Of a stretch of 64,000 nt of DNA, positions 16,977 to 26,158 are shown piece by piece; the stretch's first letter is position 1, and each line of letters starts with the position of its first letter. Below the pieces are notes generated by a model. The model ran no database searches and had not been told where the DNA came from. It saw nothing but the letters and a program-made list of their open reading frames with translations. Where the stretch lies: the NCBI GenBank assembly GCA_040390065.1, contig JAZJZE010000009.1:32001-96000 (forward strand). Reading direction: 5' to 3'. A program made the translations under genes and the position numbers. Origin of the DNA: a bacterium. Its GTDB lineage: Archaea > Thermoplasmatota > E2 > JACPAO01 > JAHFTW01.

Positions 16977-18203
16977 CTACTCGGCCGGGACGTCGAGGCG
17001 GACCTTGCGCATCTTGGCGGCGGCCTTCTGCCAGCCCTCGACGCGCTTCGAAGTGATCTTGGTCCCGAGCACGTTGGTCTCCAGCGTGTCGAGGTAGTTG
17101 TTGACTTGGTTGGCGATGGCGTCGGGGCTGCGGCGCTTCAGTTCCGCGATGCCTTGGATGCCGGCGCGGGCTAGGGCTTCGGCGTACTGCTTGCCCACAC
17201 CGCTGATCTTCATGAGCTCCCCCATGTGCTGCCACTGTTCGACGGTCTTCTTCGGGACGCCGACGCGCTTGCCGAGGGATTCCGGCTCCTCGTAGGCGAG
17301 GCGGGCCGTCGTGAGGACGCCGGCTTGGGCGAGTTTGGCGCCGTAGATGCGGCCGATGCCTTCGATGTCCTCGACGTTGTGGATGTCGCCCGTGTAGTCG
17401 TAGTAGGCCCGCGATGCGGACCCGTTCGTGCCCGCGCGCTTGGCGAGGCGTTCCTCGAGTTCCGAGATGAAACCGCGGCCGTCGGCCTTGCGGCCGGTGC
17501 GCGGGACGGCTTCCTCGGTCGGCTCAGCCTCGGTCGCGGCACCGGTCGGCCAGTACTTCTCGCGCACGTCGGCGGGAAGACGTGCACGAACGTCCTCGGG
17601 GATGGAGGCGAGGCGCTTCTCGTCCATGACGACGACCGGCTTCTGCGAGTTGCGCAGCGGCAGTTCGGCGGCTTGGCCGTTGGGCGGCCCAGCAAGCAGG
17701 ATGCGCAGCTTGAGTTGGTTGCCCTGGTTGTCGATGGGGATGTACGTGTTCGTGTACAACGCCGACTCGACGGTGCGGGGCGTCACGAACGGGTACAGCT
17801 TGTTGCGGCGCTCGTACTTGCCGTACGCGTGGTACATCTGCGGCAGCGCCCCGAGGTTGTAGACGACCATCTCCGGGCCCTTGCCGAGGCCGTCGGGTTC
17901 GCCGAGTGTTGCCTCGAAGGCGTCGCGGGCGGCGTTCTCGGCGGCAAGACGGGCCGCTTCTTCCGCCTCGGCGCGCCGGTTGCGGCGTTCGTCGCTGGAG
18001 CGGATGAGGATGGCAAGAAGGATCAGGCAGACGAGGGCGGCAAGGACGACGCCGACCCAGAGCGCGACGGTCGGAGCGTCTTTCACCCACGGGAAGTCGG
18101 CCTGGTCGGTCGACTTGGCCCAGAGGAGGAACAAGAAGAACATGGTGACCAGGAACAGGACCACGAAGGAGACGGTGCCAAGGATCCGTTTGCCGCTGGC
18201 CAT
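16977..18203 (-). CDS. Membrane protein with C-terminal DUF4332-like helix-hairpin-helix domains
   Basis: Two N-terminal TMs; IEGIGRIYGAKL and ISGVGKQYAEAL HhH repeats. Confidence 0.75.
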   Translation of the reverse strand: MASGKRILGTVSFVVLFLVTMFFLFLLWAKSTDQADFPWVKDAPTVALWVGVVLAALVCLILLAILIRSSDERRNRRAEAEEAARLAAENAARDAFEATLGEPDGLGKGPEMVVYNLGALPQMYHAYGKYERRNKLYPFVTPRTVESALYTNTYIPIDNQGNQLKLRILLAGPPNGQAAELPLRNSQKPVVVMDEKRLASIPEDVRARLPADVREKYWPTGAATEAEPTEEAVPRTGRKADGRGFISELEERLAKRAGTNGSASRAYYDYTGDIHNVEDIEGIGRIYGAKLAQAGVLTTARLAYEEPESLGKRVGVPKKTVEQWQHMGELMKISGVGKQYAEALARAGIQGIAELKRRSPDAIANQVNNYLDTLETNVLGTKITSKRVEGWQKAAAKMRKVRLDVPAE

Positions 18204-18234
18204 CAGTTATCGGGCCTTCCAAGGGGGCGGCTCT

Positions 18235-18846
18235 TTATGGTTTTGCTGTTTGATTTCTGGAGGCCGCCAGGTAGGCCGCCAGGGCGCGGGCGGCAACCCC
18301 CCTGTGACTCAGGGCAGCTTTCACTGTTGGAGGCACCTCCGCGAAGGTCCGGCCATCGCCTTGCGAACCGGGGGGGACGAGCGGCCGGAAGACGGGGTCG
18401 AAGCCGAAACCGCCCCCGCCGGCGGCGGCGGTGGCGACAAAGCCCCGGCATGCGCCTGCAAAGTGGCGCCGGTGGAGCCCTGCCTCGTCGCGCTCCACGA
18501 GGAGGATGTCGGCGTTGAACGACGCGACGCGGTCCTTCGGGGCAATCCCGGCCATGAGGCGCAAGAGGCCGGGGACGCCGATCGTGTCGAGGGCATGACG
18601 ACTGTAGACGCCCGGAAAGCCTCGCAAGGCCGCGACGAACAGGCCCGAGTCCTCGAGGATGAATGGCGGCCGCACCCCGGACGCCAGCAGGTGGTCGGCG
18701 CCGGCCTCGGTGACCTGGTCCAGGGTGGACGCCTGTAGCTCCGGGTAACCACGAGCGTCCTGCACCACCTCGACGCCGATGGGCGCTAACAGCAAGGTCA
18801 TTTCGGCTACTTTGCCGGCATTGGTGGTGACGAAGGTGAGTCTCAC
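18235..18846 (-). CDS. rdgB: Non-canonical purine NTP pyrophosphatase (RdgB/HAM1)
   Basis: TTNAGK, EDSGL, GFPGVYS, GFGFDPVF, SHRG motifs. Confidence 0.95.
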   Translation of the reverse strand: MRLTFVTTNAGKVAEMTLLLAPIGVEVVQDARGYPELQASTLDQVTEAGADHLLASGVRPPFILEDSGLFVAALRGFPGVYSRHALDTIGVPGLLRLMAGIAPKDRVASFNADILLVERDEAGLHRRHFAGACRGFVATAAAGGGGFGFDPVFRPLVPPGSQGDGRTFAEVPPTVKAALSHRGVAARALAAYLAASRNQTAKP

Positions 18847-20519
18847 CTGTAGCGCCCCCGCGAACGGATGGCATCGAGGCGCACGATGGCGGCTGGCGCG
18901 CAGCGGGCTCGGCTGTAGGCGCCCAGGAATGCCGCAAACAGGTCGTGGCTGCGCGGCTCTGTGGCCTCCAGTGCCTCCTCGAGCAGATGCAGGTCGACGC
19001 CGCGCGGTTCGGGCTCATCGGAGAACGACCCGAGGCCGAAGTCGATGAGGACGACGCGGCTGGCGGCGCCCGCGTCGGGGACGAGGACGTTGCTCGTCGT
19101 CAGGTCGCCATGCGACAGGCCGGCATCGTGCAGGCGACCGACGGCGGTGCCGAGGGCCGCAAGCCTTGTGCAGGCCACGTCGTCGGCGTCATGTCGCAGC
19201 GTGGCTTGCAGCGACTCGCCCGCAATGGGCTCGAGGGCCATGGCCGTTTCCTTGCGGTCCACGTCGTGCACGATCGGCACGGCCACTCCGGCACGCCTTG
19301 CGGCGACGAGCAGGTGTGCCTCGTCCCTGGTGCGGGCCGCCCGGATCGCTGCGTCGAGCCGGGCATCGCGGTACGCTTTGGGCAATCGGCGTTTCTGCAG
19401 GACCGCGGCGCCGAGGAAGCGGGCGGGTTCGAGCACGGCTTCCGCCCCGCCAAACGGCCGTGGCAAGCTGGCCATTGGGGCCTCGTCGCTGCGCCATGTC
19501 ACGGCGACCTGGTCGGTGCGTTCGTACGGGGTCACGGCGCTTGTTTCGGGTGTCAGGACGTCGCCCACGGCGAGTTTCGCGGTGCCCAGCCATGCAATCA
19601 TCGCGCCGTTGTCCACCAGCACGTCGCGGGGCGGGCAGTGCATCGTCGCGCCGCGCTCGTTGCACATGAGGCGCGCCATGTCCTGCAGACGCGCGTTGCA
19701 GGCGACGCCACCCCCCAGGGCCAACTCGTTGCGCCCCGTGTGGGCCAAGGCGCGCTCGGCCGTCTCGACGAGGGCGGCGAAGGCGTGCTCCTGGAAGGCG
19801 CGGCACACCTCCGGAAGCGGCACGCCGTCCGTGACGAGTCGCGATGCGGCCGTCGCCAGGCCGGCGAAGCTGACGTCCATGCCCTTGACCGTGTACGGCA
19901 GGTCGCGCCAGGAGTCGCGCGCCGCAGTGGCCGCAAGGCGCTCGACCTCGGGGCCGCCGGGGAACGGGATGCCCTGCTCGCGGGCGAACTTGTCGAGGGC
20001 GTTGCCCAGGCCGACGTCGAGCGTCTCACCGAAGACGCGGTATCGCCCGCGCACGTAGGCGAGGACTTGCGTGTTGGCGCCGGACACGTAGAGGAGCATC
20101 GGGTCCTTCGCGTCGGTGAGGCCGCGCGCGATCTCCAAGTGCGCGACACAGTGGTTGACGCCAATCAGCGGCTTGCCGGCGGCGATGGAGAGGGAGCGCG
20201 CCATCGTCGCCGCGACGCGCAGGCATGGCCCGAGACCCGGGCCTTGGCTGAAGGCGACAGCCTCCAAGTCCTTCGGGGAAAGGCCCGCCGCGTCGAGGGC
20301 TTTCTCCAGGAGCGCCGGCCCGACCTCGCCGTGGTGGTGGGCGGCTTCGCGCGGGTGGATGCCCATGGCCGCCTCGTCCGGGCCCGGCGGCGGCGGGCGC
20401 ACCATCGACCTCTCGTTGGCGAGGATGCGGCACTTGCCGGAGCTGTCGCGCTCCACGATGCCGACGCCCAACGTGTGGGCCGTGCCTTCGATGCCGAGGA
20501 CTGCCAACGCCGCGGCCAC
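18843..20519 (-). CDS. kae1: Bifunctional Kae1/Bud32 (t6A synthase and protein kinase)
   Basis: GIEGTAHT, NHCVAH, SGANTQ, DNGAMIA, followed by kinase motifs HGDLTTSN and IDFGL. Confidence 0.95.
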   Translation of the reverse strand: MAAALAVLGIEGTAHTLGVGIVERDSSGKCRILANERSMVRPPPPGPDEAAMGIHPREAAHHHGEVGPALLEKALDAAGLSPKDLEAVAFSQGPGLGPCLRVAATMARSLSIAAGKPLIGVNHCVAHLEIARGLTDAKDPMLLYVSGANTQVLAYVRGRYRVFGETLDVGLGNALDKFAREQGIPFPGGPEVERLAATAARDSWRDLPYTVKGMDVSFAGLATAASRLVTDGVPLPEVCRAFQEHAFAALVETAERALAHTGRNELALGGGVACNARLQDMARLMCNERGATMHCPPRDVLVDNGAMIAWLGTAKLAVGDVLTPETSAVTPYERTDQVAVTWRSDEAPMASLPRPFGGAEAVLEPARFLGAAVLQKRRLPKAYRDARLDAAIRAARTRDEAHLLVAARRAGVAVPIVHDVDRKETAMALEPIAGESLQATLRHDADDVACTRLAALGTAVGRLHDAGLSHGDLTTSNVLVPDAGAASRVVLIDFGLGSFSDEPEPRGVDLHLLEEALEATEPRSHDLFAAFLGAYSRARCAPAAIVRLDAIRSRGRYR

Positions 20520-20561
20520 GCCGGGACGCGGCCTTAAGGGCTCGCCGACGCCGCAGGGCCT

Positions 20562-21920
20562 CTAGGTCGGTCGGCGCCGGCCGATGTGCAGGGCACGCTC
20601 GATTGGGCCGTCGCGGTGGTACAGGTCCAGCACACCGATCAATTCCTTGAGGAATTCCGGGAACCACGCGAAGGCTGCAAAGGCGATGAGCACCATGGCA
20701 ACGAGTGAGCCGCCCTTGCCGACGGCGTCATGCATGACCCAGAAACTCGCCTGGCCTTGGCCGTAGAACCAGATGATGCCGGTATTTCGCAGCAGGTTCA
20801 GGACGTACACGACGGTGGCGACGATGACGCTGGCGGCGATGCGCTTGCGCCACGGCGCCGTCGTGCCGATGAACAAGCCGACGAAGAGCATGATGGACTG
20901 CAATGCGGTGCAGGCGAGGATGATGGAGACGGGGATGACGAGCGTCGAGCCGCCGGTGGGGTCGAAGTGCGTGATGGATTCCCAGGCGCCGTGCGGCGGC
21001 GGCGGAAGCGTCCCGAGGTGGCTGTGGTAGCCGAAGGAAGCGAGGTTGGCGCCGAGGTCGCTCGTGGACTCGACGGTCTGGGCGCAGTGCTGGACGATGT
21101 ACGGGCTCGCGCCGACGGCCGGGTCGGCGGCATACGTCTGGCCACCGAAGCAGTAGTCGAGGCCGACTTGGGCCCCTTGCCCGAAGAAGTTCAGCGTCCA
21201 CAGCGTGTGCTTCGACACGGCGAGGATGAGCCACACGCGCACGGGCTCGATCTTGTCGATGACGAAGTAGGCGCCGGCGGCGACGAACGTCGAGATGTTG
21301 AGGAAGCGCACCGTGTGGTTCTCGACGCGGCGCATCTCGGAGAGCCACTGGTGGTACGCGAGGTAGGTGAAGAAGTACGTCCCCACGATGGCGAAGAACA
21401 GGTTGACGTAGTCGCCGTTCTCCTCGACGAACAGGTCCTGCGCCACGAGCGCCCAGTAGAAGGCGAAGAGGAGCCAGCCGGCCATCGTGATGGATTTGGC
21501 CCAGTTGCGCTGGATGAAGCCGAAGCCCAAGAGGCCGAGGCCAGCAAAGAGCGGCACGTCGGTCCATCCGTCCCATGCCTTCGTCGCCGTCGGGTTGAGG
21601 TGCCAACTGTACAAGCGGGCGAGGAAGAAGCCGATGAGCGTCATGCCGGTGGCAAGGGCTAGCCAGAACAAGGTCACGTTGCGCGGGTCGTGCGCCAATT
21701 CGTCTGGCGTGGATGGCTCGCCGGCGTACGGGTGCGGGCGCTCGGGTCGCTTGGAACGGCCGAACCAGCCCCGGCGGACGGCGGGCGCTGCCGTCGGAGG
21801 GGCGCCATCGGAGGTGGGCGTAGCCGGCGACGCGGCAGGTGCCGAGGTGGGCGCAGGCGGCGGGGCCCCTGGACCTGCGGCCGCGTTGGACCGACTTGGA
21901 CGGGCGGCCGGAGTCTCCAC
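20562..21920 (-). CDS. artA: Archaeosortase (ArtA-like)
   Basis: Multi-TM protein with IILACTA catalytic Cys and LNLLRN Arg motif. Confidence 0.8.
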   Translation of the reverse strand: METPAARPSRSNAAAGPGAPPPAPTSAPAASPATPTSDGAPPTAAPAVRRGWFGRSKRPERPHPYAGEPSTPDELAHDPRNVTLFWLALATGMTLIGFFLARLYSWHLNPTATKAWDGWTDVPLFAGLGLLGFGFIQRNWAKSITMAGWLLFAFYWALVAQDLFVEENGDYVNLFFAIVGTYFFTYLAYHQWLSEMRRVENHTVRFLNISTFVAAGAYFVIDKIEPVRVWLILAVSKHTLWTLNFFGQGAQVGLDYCFGGQTYAADPAVGASPYIVQHCAQTVESTSDLGANLASFGYHSHLGTLPPPPHGAWESITHFDPTGGSTLVIPVSIILACTALQSIMLFVGLFIGTTAPWRKRIAASVIVATVVYVLNLLRNTGIIWFYGQGQASFWVMHDAVGKGGSLVAMVLIAFAAFAWFPEFLKELIGVLDLYHRDGPIERALHIGRRRPT

Positions 21921-21995
21921 GCTCGCGCGACTTGCCCCGTCCGCCTAAAGGTTGTGGTCAGTCGGTTTGGCCGGACCACCGCGGGCAAAGCCTTG

Positions 21996-22793
21996 ATGGG
22001 CGGCGCCGTCCACCCGCGCGTGCCGGAGGCGCCGCAGAGGATCGTCTCGCTCGTCCCGAGCCACACGGAGACGCTTCATGCCCTCGGCTTGGGGGACCGC
22101 GTCGTCGGGCGCACGCGCTTCTGCATCCACCCAGAACCATGGGCCGAAACCGTCCCCGCCGTCGGCGGCACGAAGGACGCATCCCTTGACAAGATCCTGG
22201 CGTTGCGGCCGGACCTCGTTGTCGCGGACAAGGACGAGAACCCGAAGGCGCTGGTCGAGGCCCTGCAAGCTGCCGGCGTCGCCGTGCTTTGGTCCGACAT
22301 CGCCACCGTCGAGGACGCGGCCGGCTTCGTGGCACGCCTGGCGGCGCAGTGCGGTGTTGCCGACGCGGGCCGCGCCCAATCCGACGCCATCCTGCAGGCG
22401 CTTGCCGAGGTGCGGGGAGCTGGGCGAGGCGTCGCGGTCTTCTGCCCGATCTGGCATGCGCCGTGGATGACGTTCGATGCAACGGCCTACCCAAGCGCCG
22501 TACTCGACGCCGTGGGCTTGCACAACGCGTTTGCCGGCCACGCCGGGACGCGGTACTTCGAGGTGACCGAGTCCGACGTCGCGGCGTCGCAGGCGTCGTG
22601 GGCCCTGCTGCCGACCGAACCGTTCCCGTTCCACAAGCGCCGCGCCGCGATTGACACGGCCGGACTCGGCCGCTGCGGACAAACCGACCGCGTCCGCGTC
22701 ATCGACGGCGAAGCCCTGACGTGGTTCGGCGTACGCACGGCGCCGGGGCTGCGCGAGCTTGCAAAAGTGGCGCGCGAATTGGCTCAGACTTGA
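21996..22793 (+). CDS. Helical-backbone metal receptor (BtuF-like)
   Basis: RIVSLVPSHTE, VGRTRFC, VGGTK, EPFPF, DGEALTWFG motifs. Confidence 0.85.
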   Translation: MGGAVHPRVPEAPQRIVSLVPSHTETLHALGLGDRVVGRTRFCIHPEPWAETVPAVGGTKDASLDKILALRPDLVVADKDENPKALVEALQAAGVAVLWSDIATVEDAAGFVARLAAQCGVADAGRAQSDAILQALAEVRGAGRGVAVFCPIWHAPWMTFDATAYPSAVLDAVGLHNAFAGHAGTRYFEVTESDVAASQASWALLPTEPFPFHKRRAAIDTAGLGRCGQTDRVRVIDGEALTWFGVRTAPGLRELAKVARELAQT

Positions 22794-24838
22794 CGGCGGC
22801 GCCGGGCCAACACGGCAACCAACCCCAGGGCCGCCGCTAGCCAGGCGATCTCCAATCCCGGCGTCGATTTGTGGTTCGCAGCTTCCAGGACCTTGGCGCG
22901 TTCGGCTGCATCGTATTTCCCGAGGCCGCCGTGCAGGTCCTCGAACGCCGCGGTTTCCGATCCCGCGGTGCCGGAGCCTGCCGAACCGTTGGCGTCGCCG
23001 GGCGAAGTGGACCCAGTCGACGTCGTCGACATGCCGGACGGCGTCGGTCCAGCCATGGCCTTGGGCGATCCGTCCATGACGCAGTAGTCGTAGCAGCCGC
23101 CGCCGTACATCATCTGGCCGCGGGTCAGCACGACGTCGAACGGTGAGTCGCCGGCCGGGACGTCGAGGACGCCCTGCCAGACGAAGTAGCCGTACATCGA
23201 GACGGTGACCTGGTGGTAGCCGCTGCGGAGGCCCACCTTGTAGGAGCCGTCGCGGTCCGTCTGCGCGTAGCCGCCGGCGTTGTTGTCCATGTTGTAGAAC
23301 GAGATCGTCGCCTGGGGGATGGCCTTGTGCGACGTGCCGTCGACCAGGTAGCCGGACACGGTTGCGTCGGGGTGCGGCTTGGGGCGCAGCTGGATGTCGA
23401 GCTTGGTGTCCGCGTTGGCCGTAAGGTTGAGCGTTCCAATCCACGGGAAGTACTCCGGCCCGCACGTCGTGGCCGAACTGTGGTCCGCGTTCGTCGTCGT
23501 CGAGCACGACCTCCATGTGTCATAGTAGACGTTAACGGTCGCGTAGCCGGGGGTCACCATGGCCTCGAAGGAGCCGTCGGACTGCACCTTGATGGCGCAG
23601 CCGTTGTTTCCAGGGTACGGGTACATGGCCGGCGAGGCTTGCGCCGAACCGGTCGCCGTCGCGCTGCCGCCGCTGTACGTCGGCTCCGACGCCGTCACGC
23701 TCATGGGGTACACTTGTGAGCCGCCGCCGTCGCTGCACTCGTAGACGCCGAATTCCGGCGAGTTGACGTTGATCGAGACGTAGCCGAGGCCGCGACCGGT
23801 CTCCGCGTCGGTGACGTGGCCGACGAGGTGGGCCGTCTTGTCCGGGAACTTCGTGAGCTTGACGTCGACCTGGACGGTCTGGCCCTTCTCCACGTACTGC
23901 GACGTGTAGAACGAGGCATAGCCCGCCTGGTTGACTTGGACGTTGACACTGGAGCCGCCGAACACCTTGACGGCGTAGCGGCCGTCGGACCCGGTGGTCG
24001 CCGATGTGTCGCCGCCGTAGCAGCACGGACGGACGCAGGACTGCGTCGGTGCGCCGGCGTTCGGAGGCGGTGGCGCGCAAGCGTAGTCGGGTTGTGGCTC
24101 GGCGCAGCAGCCGCCGTTGTAGTCGTAAACGTGCACGACGATTCCCGAGAGGGGCGTGGCATGTTGGTCCGTGACAACGCCCTGCACCGTGGCATCGCGG
24201 CCGGGTTCGGCCGCAACCTTGAGCAAGACGACGGCGGTGCCATCGACGAACGCTTCCTGACTGAGCACCATGACGCCGTTGCGCACGACGTTGAACGTGC
24301 GGTACCCACCGACCGTGGTCACCTGGAAGCCGCCATCGGGTCCCGTGGTTGCCGCCGAGGAGTCGCCGCCAGGGCAGCACACCTTGACGTACGCGTCCGC
24401 GACGCCCTTGCCGTTTGCGTCCACGACCTGGCCCGTGGCCGCCACCTTGGTGCCGGAGAGGGCCACGTCATGGATGGTGCCGCCCTTGACGGCCACCATG
24501 GCGGATCCGTCCGCAAAGCCCGCATGGCTCACGGCGAGGTCGTAGTCGCCATCGGCCAGCGACGAGAACTGGTAGGAGCCGTGGGCGTCCGCCTCAACCG
24601 TCTGGTCGACGGCCCCGACCGCCGTGCCGGCAGCGCCCGGTTTCGTCAAGTGGACCGACGCTGCGGGGATGCCATCGATGCGACAGGCCCCGGGGCTCGT
24701 CCCGTTGAAGCCCTCCACGGTGCACACGAGGCCCGCGAGGGAGGAGTTGTTCACCTGGGCTTCGGCGCCGTGCAGGAGAGGTGTGGCGGGGGCCAGGACG
24801 AAAATCGCCGTGGCGATGATGGCAGCAAAGCCGCGCAT
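22784..24838 (-). CDS. Secreted carboxypeptidase-regulatory-like repeat protein with PGF-CTERM-like tail
   Basis: Repeated G.V.D...T..DG.Y units; tail KSTPGL-TM-RRRR. Confidence 0.8.
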   Translation of the reverse strand: MRGFAAIIATAIFVLAPATPLLHGAEAQVNNSSLAGLVCTVEGFNGTSPGACRIDGIPAASVHLTKPGAAGTAVGAVDQTVEADAHGSYQFSSLADGDYDLAVSHAGFADGSAMVAVKGGTIHDVALSGTKVAATGQVVDANGKGVADAYVKVCCPGGDSSAATTGPDGGFQVTTVGGYRTFNVVRNGVMVLSQEAFVDGTAVVLLKVAAEPGRDATVQGVVTDQHATPLSGIVVHVYDYNGGCCAEPQPDYACAPPPPNAGAPTQSCVRPCCYGGDTSATTGSDGRYAVKVFGGSSVNVQVNQAGYASFYTSQYVEKGQTVQVDVKLTKFPDKTAHLVGHVTDAETGRGLGYVSINVNSPEFGVYECSDGGGSQVYPMSVTASEPTYSGGSATATGSAQASPAMYPYPGNNGCAIKVQSDGSFEAMVTPGYATVNVYYDTWRSCSTTTNADHSSATTCGPEYFPWIGTLNLTANADTKLDIQLRPKPHPDATVSGYLVDGTSHKAIPQATISFYNMDNNAGGYAQTDRDGSYKVGLRSGYHQVTVSMYGYFVWQGVLDVPAGDSPFDVVLTRGQMMYGGGCYDYCVMDGSPKAMAGPTPSGMSTTSTGSTSPGDANGSAGSGTAGSETAAFEDLHGGLGKYDAAERAKVLEAANHKSTPGLEIAWLAAALGLVAVLARRRRQV

Positions 24839-24917
24839 GGCATTCCGATGTGCTGCTTCAGGCTATATACGTCCGGTGATGGGAGGGGTTTTCCCCAACC
24901 GCCCGCGCAATGCCGCA

Positions 24918-26051
24918 TCAACGCTTCTTGGAGGCGGGGGCCGGCGCGTCCGGAGCCATCCCAGTCTCGGTCGGCTTGCCTTTGCGGTCCACGATGCGTT
25001 CCGCCTCGGCCTGCTCCTGCTCCATCTCCTTGGAGAGCTGGTCGAGTTCCTTCTTGATGTCGCTGTGGCGGGGGATGTCGCCCAGGACGTCGTCCGCGGA
25101 GCCAATCATCTTCTCGAGGGCCGTGGCATCGCCAATCTTGCCGGCCGGAGCATCCGGCGCGACGCCGAGGAAGTTCGAGATGCCCTGCAGCGCCTTCGTG
25201 ACCTCGAAGGGCAGGACGATCTTGGTCGCGGCGCCCTCGCCGAGTTGCCCGAGGGCATCGAGCGACAGCACCGACAGCGCCTTTGAATCGAGGGCGACGG
25301 CGCCCAGGGCGAGGATGCGCAGGGCCTGCGCCCGGCCTTGGCTGTTGAGGATCTGGGCCGTGCGGTTGCCTTCCGCTTCGAGGATCTGCGATTGGCGGAC
25401 CCCTTCGGCCTGCAGGATGCGGCTGCGCTTCAGGCCCTCGGCTTCCAGGATTGCGGCACGCTTCTGGCCGTCCGCCTTCAGGATGGCGGCGCGGCGTTCG
25501 CGTTCCGCGGACGTCTGCTCCTCCATGGCGCGCTTGACGCGCTCCACCGGGTCGACCTCGCGGATCTCCACGGATTCGACCTTGACGCCCCACGCGTCGG
25601 TGGCCTCGTCGAGGGTGTCCCGCAGCCGCGTGTTGATCTTCTCGCGCGAGTTCAGGACTTCGTCGAGTTCCATGTCGCCGATGACGCTGCGCAGCGTCGT
25701 CTGGGCAAGGGCCACGGTCGCGAAGCGGTAGTCAGCCACCTCGAAGGTCGCCCGCTCGGGGTCGACGATCTTGGTGTAGATGATGGCGTCGACGTTCGTG
25801 GGCGAGTTGTCCTTCGTGATGACCTCTTGGCGCGGCACCTCGAGGACGGCGGTGCGCATGTCCAGGCGGACGACGCGCGAGCCCATCGGGATCACGAGGT
25901 TGACGCCGGTGTTGAGCTTGCCACGGTACTTGCCGAGGAAGATGTAGAGGCCCTGCTCGTAAGGCTGGATGATGCGGATGGACGACGCAAGGAGCAGCAT
26001 GATGAGGATCGCTGCGACAATCCCCAGGACGACGAAGATGGGCTCCACCAT
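24918..26051 (-). CDS. SPFH/band 7 (stomatin/QmcA-like) protein
   Basis: QEVITKDN, AQTTLRSVIG, AERERRA motifs. Confidence 0.92.
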   Translation of the reverse strand: MVEPIFVVLGIVAAILIMLLLASSIRIIQPYEQGLYIFLGKYRGKLNTGVNLVIPMGSRVVRLDMRTAVLEVPRQEVITKDNSPTNVDAIIYTKIVDPERATFEVADYRFATVALAQTTLRSVIGDMELDEVLNSREKINTRLRDTLDEATDAWGVKVESVEIREVDPVERVKRAMEEQTSAERERRAAILKADGQKRAAILEAEGLKRSRILQAEGVRQSQILEAEGNRTAQILNSQGRAQALRILALGAVALDSKALSVLSLDALGQLGEGAATKIVLPFEVTKALQGISNFLGVAPDAPAGKIGDATALEKMIGSADDVLGDIPRHSDIKKELDQLSKEMEQEQAEAERIVDRKGKPTETGMAPDAPAPASKKR

Positions 26052-26158
26052 GGTCCGCGCCGAGACAGGTCCAGGCCTTGAAGTTTGGCCGACCGCCTCG
26101 CCGCCGACCGCCCGGTCCCAACCGCTTTAAGCCCGGCGGCCACCTCGATGGCTTGGCC

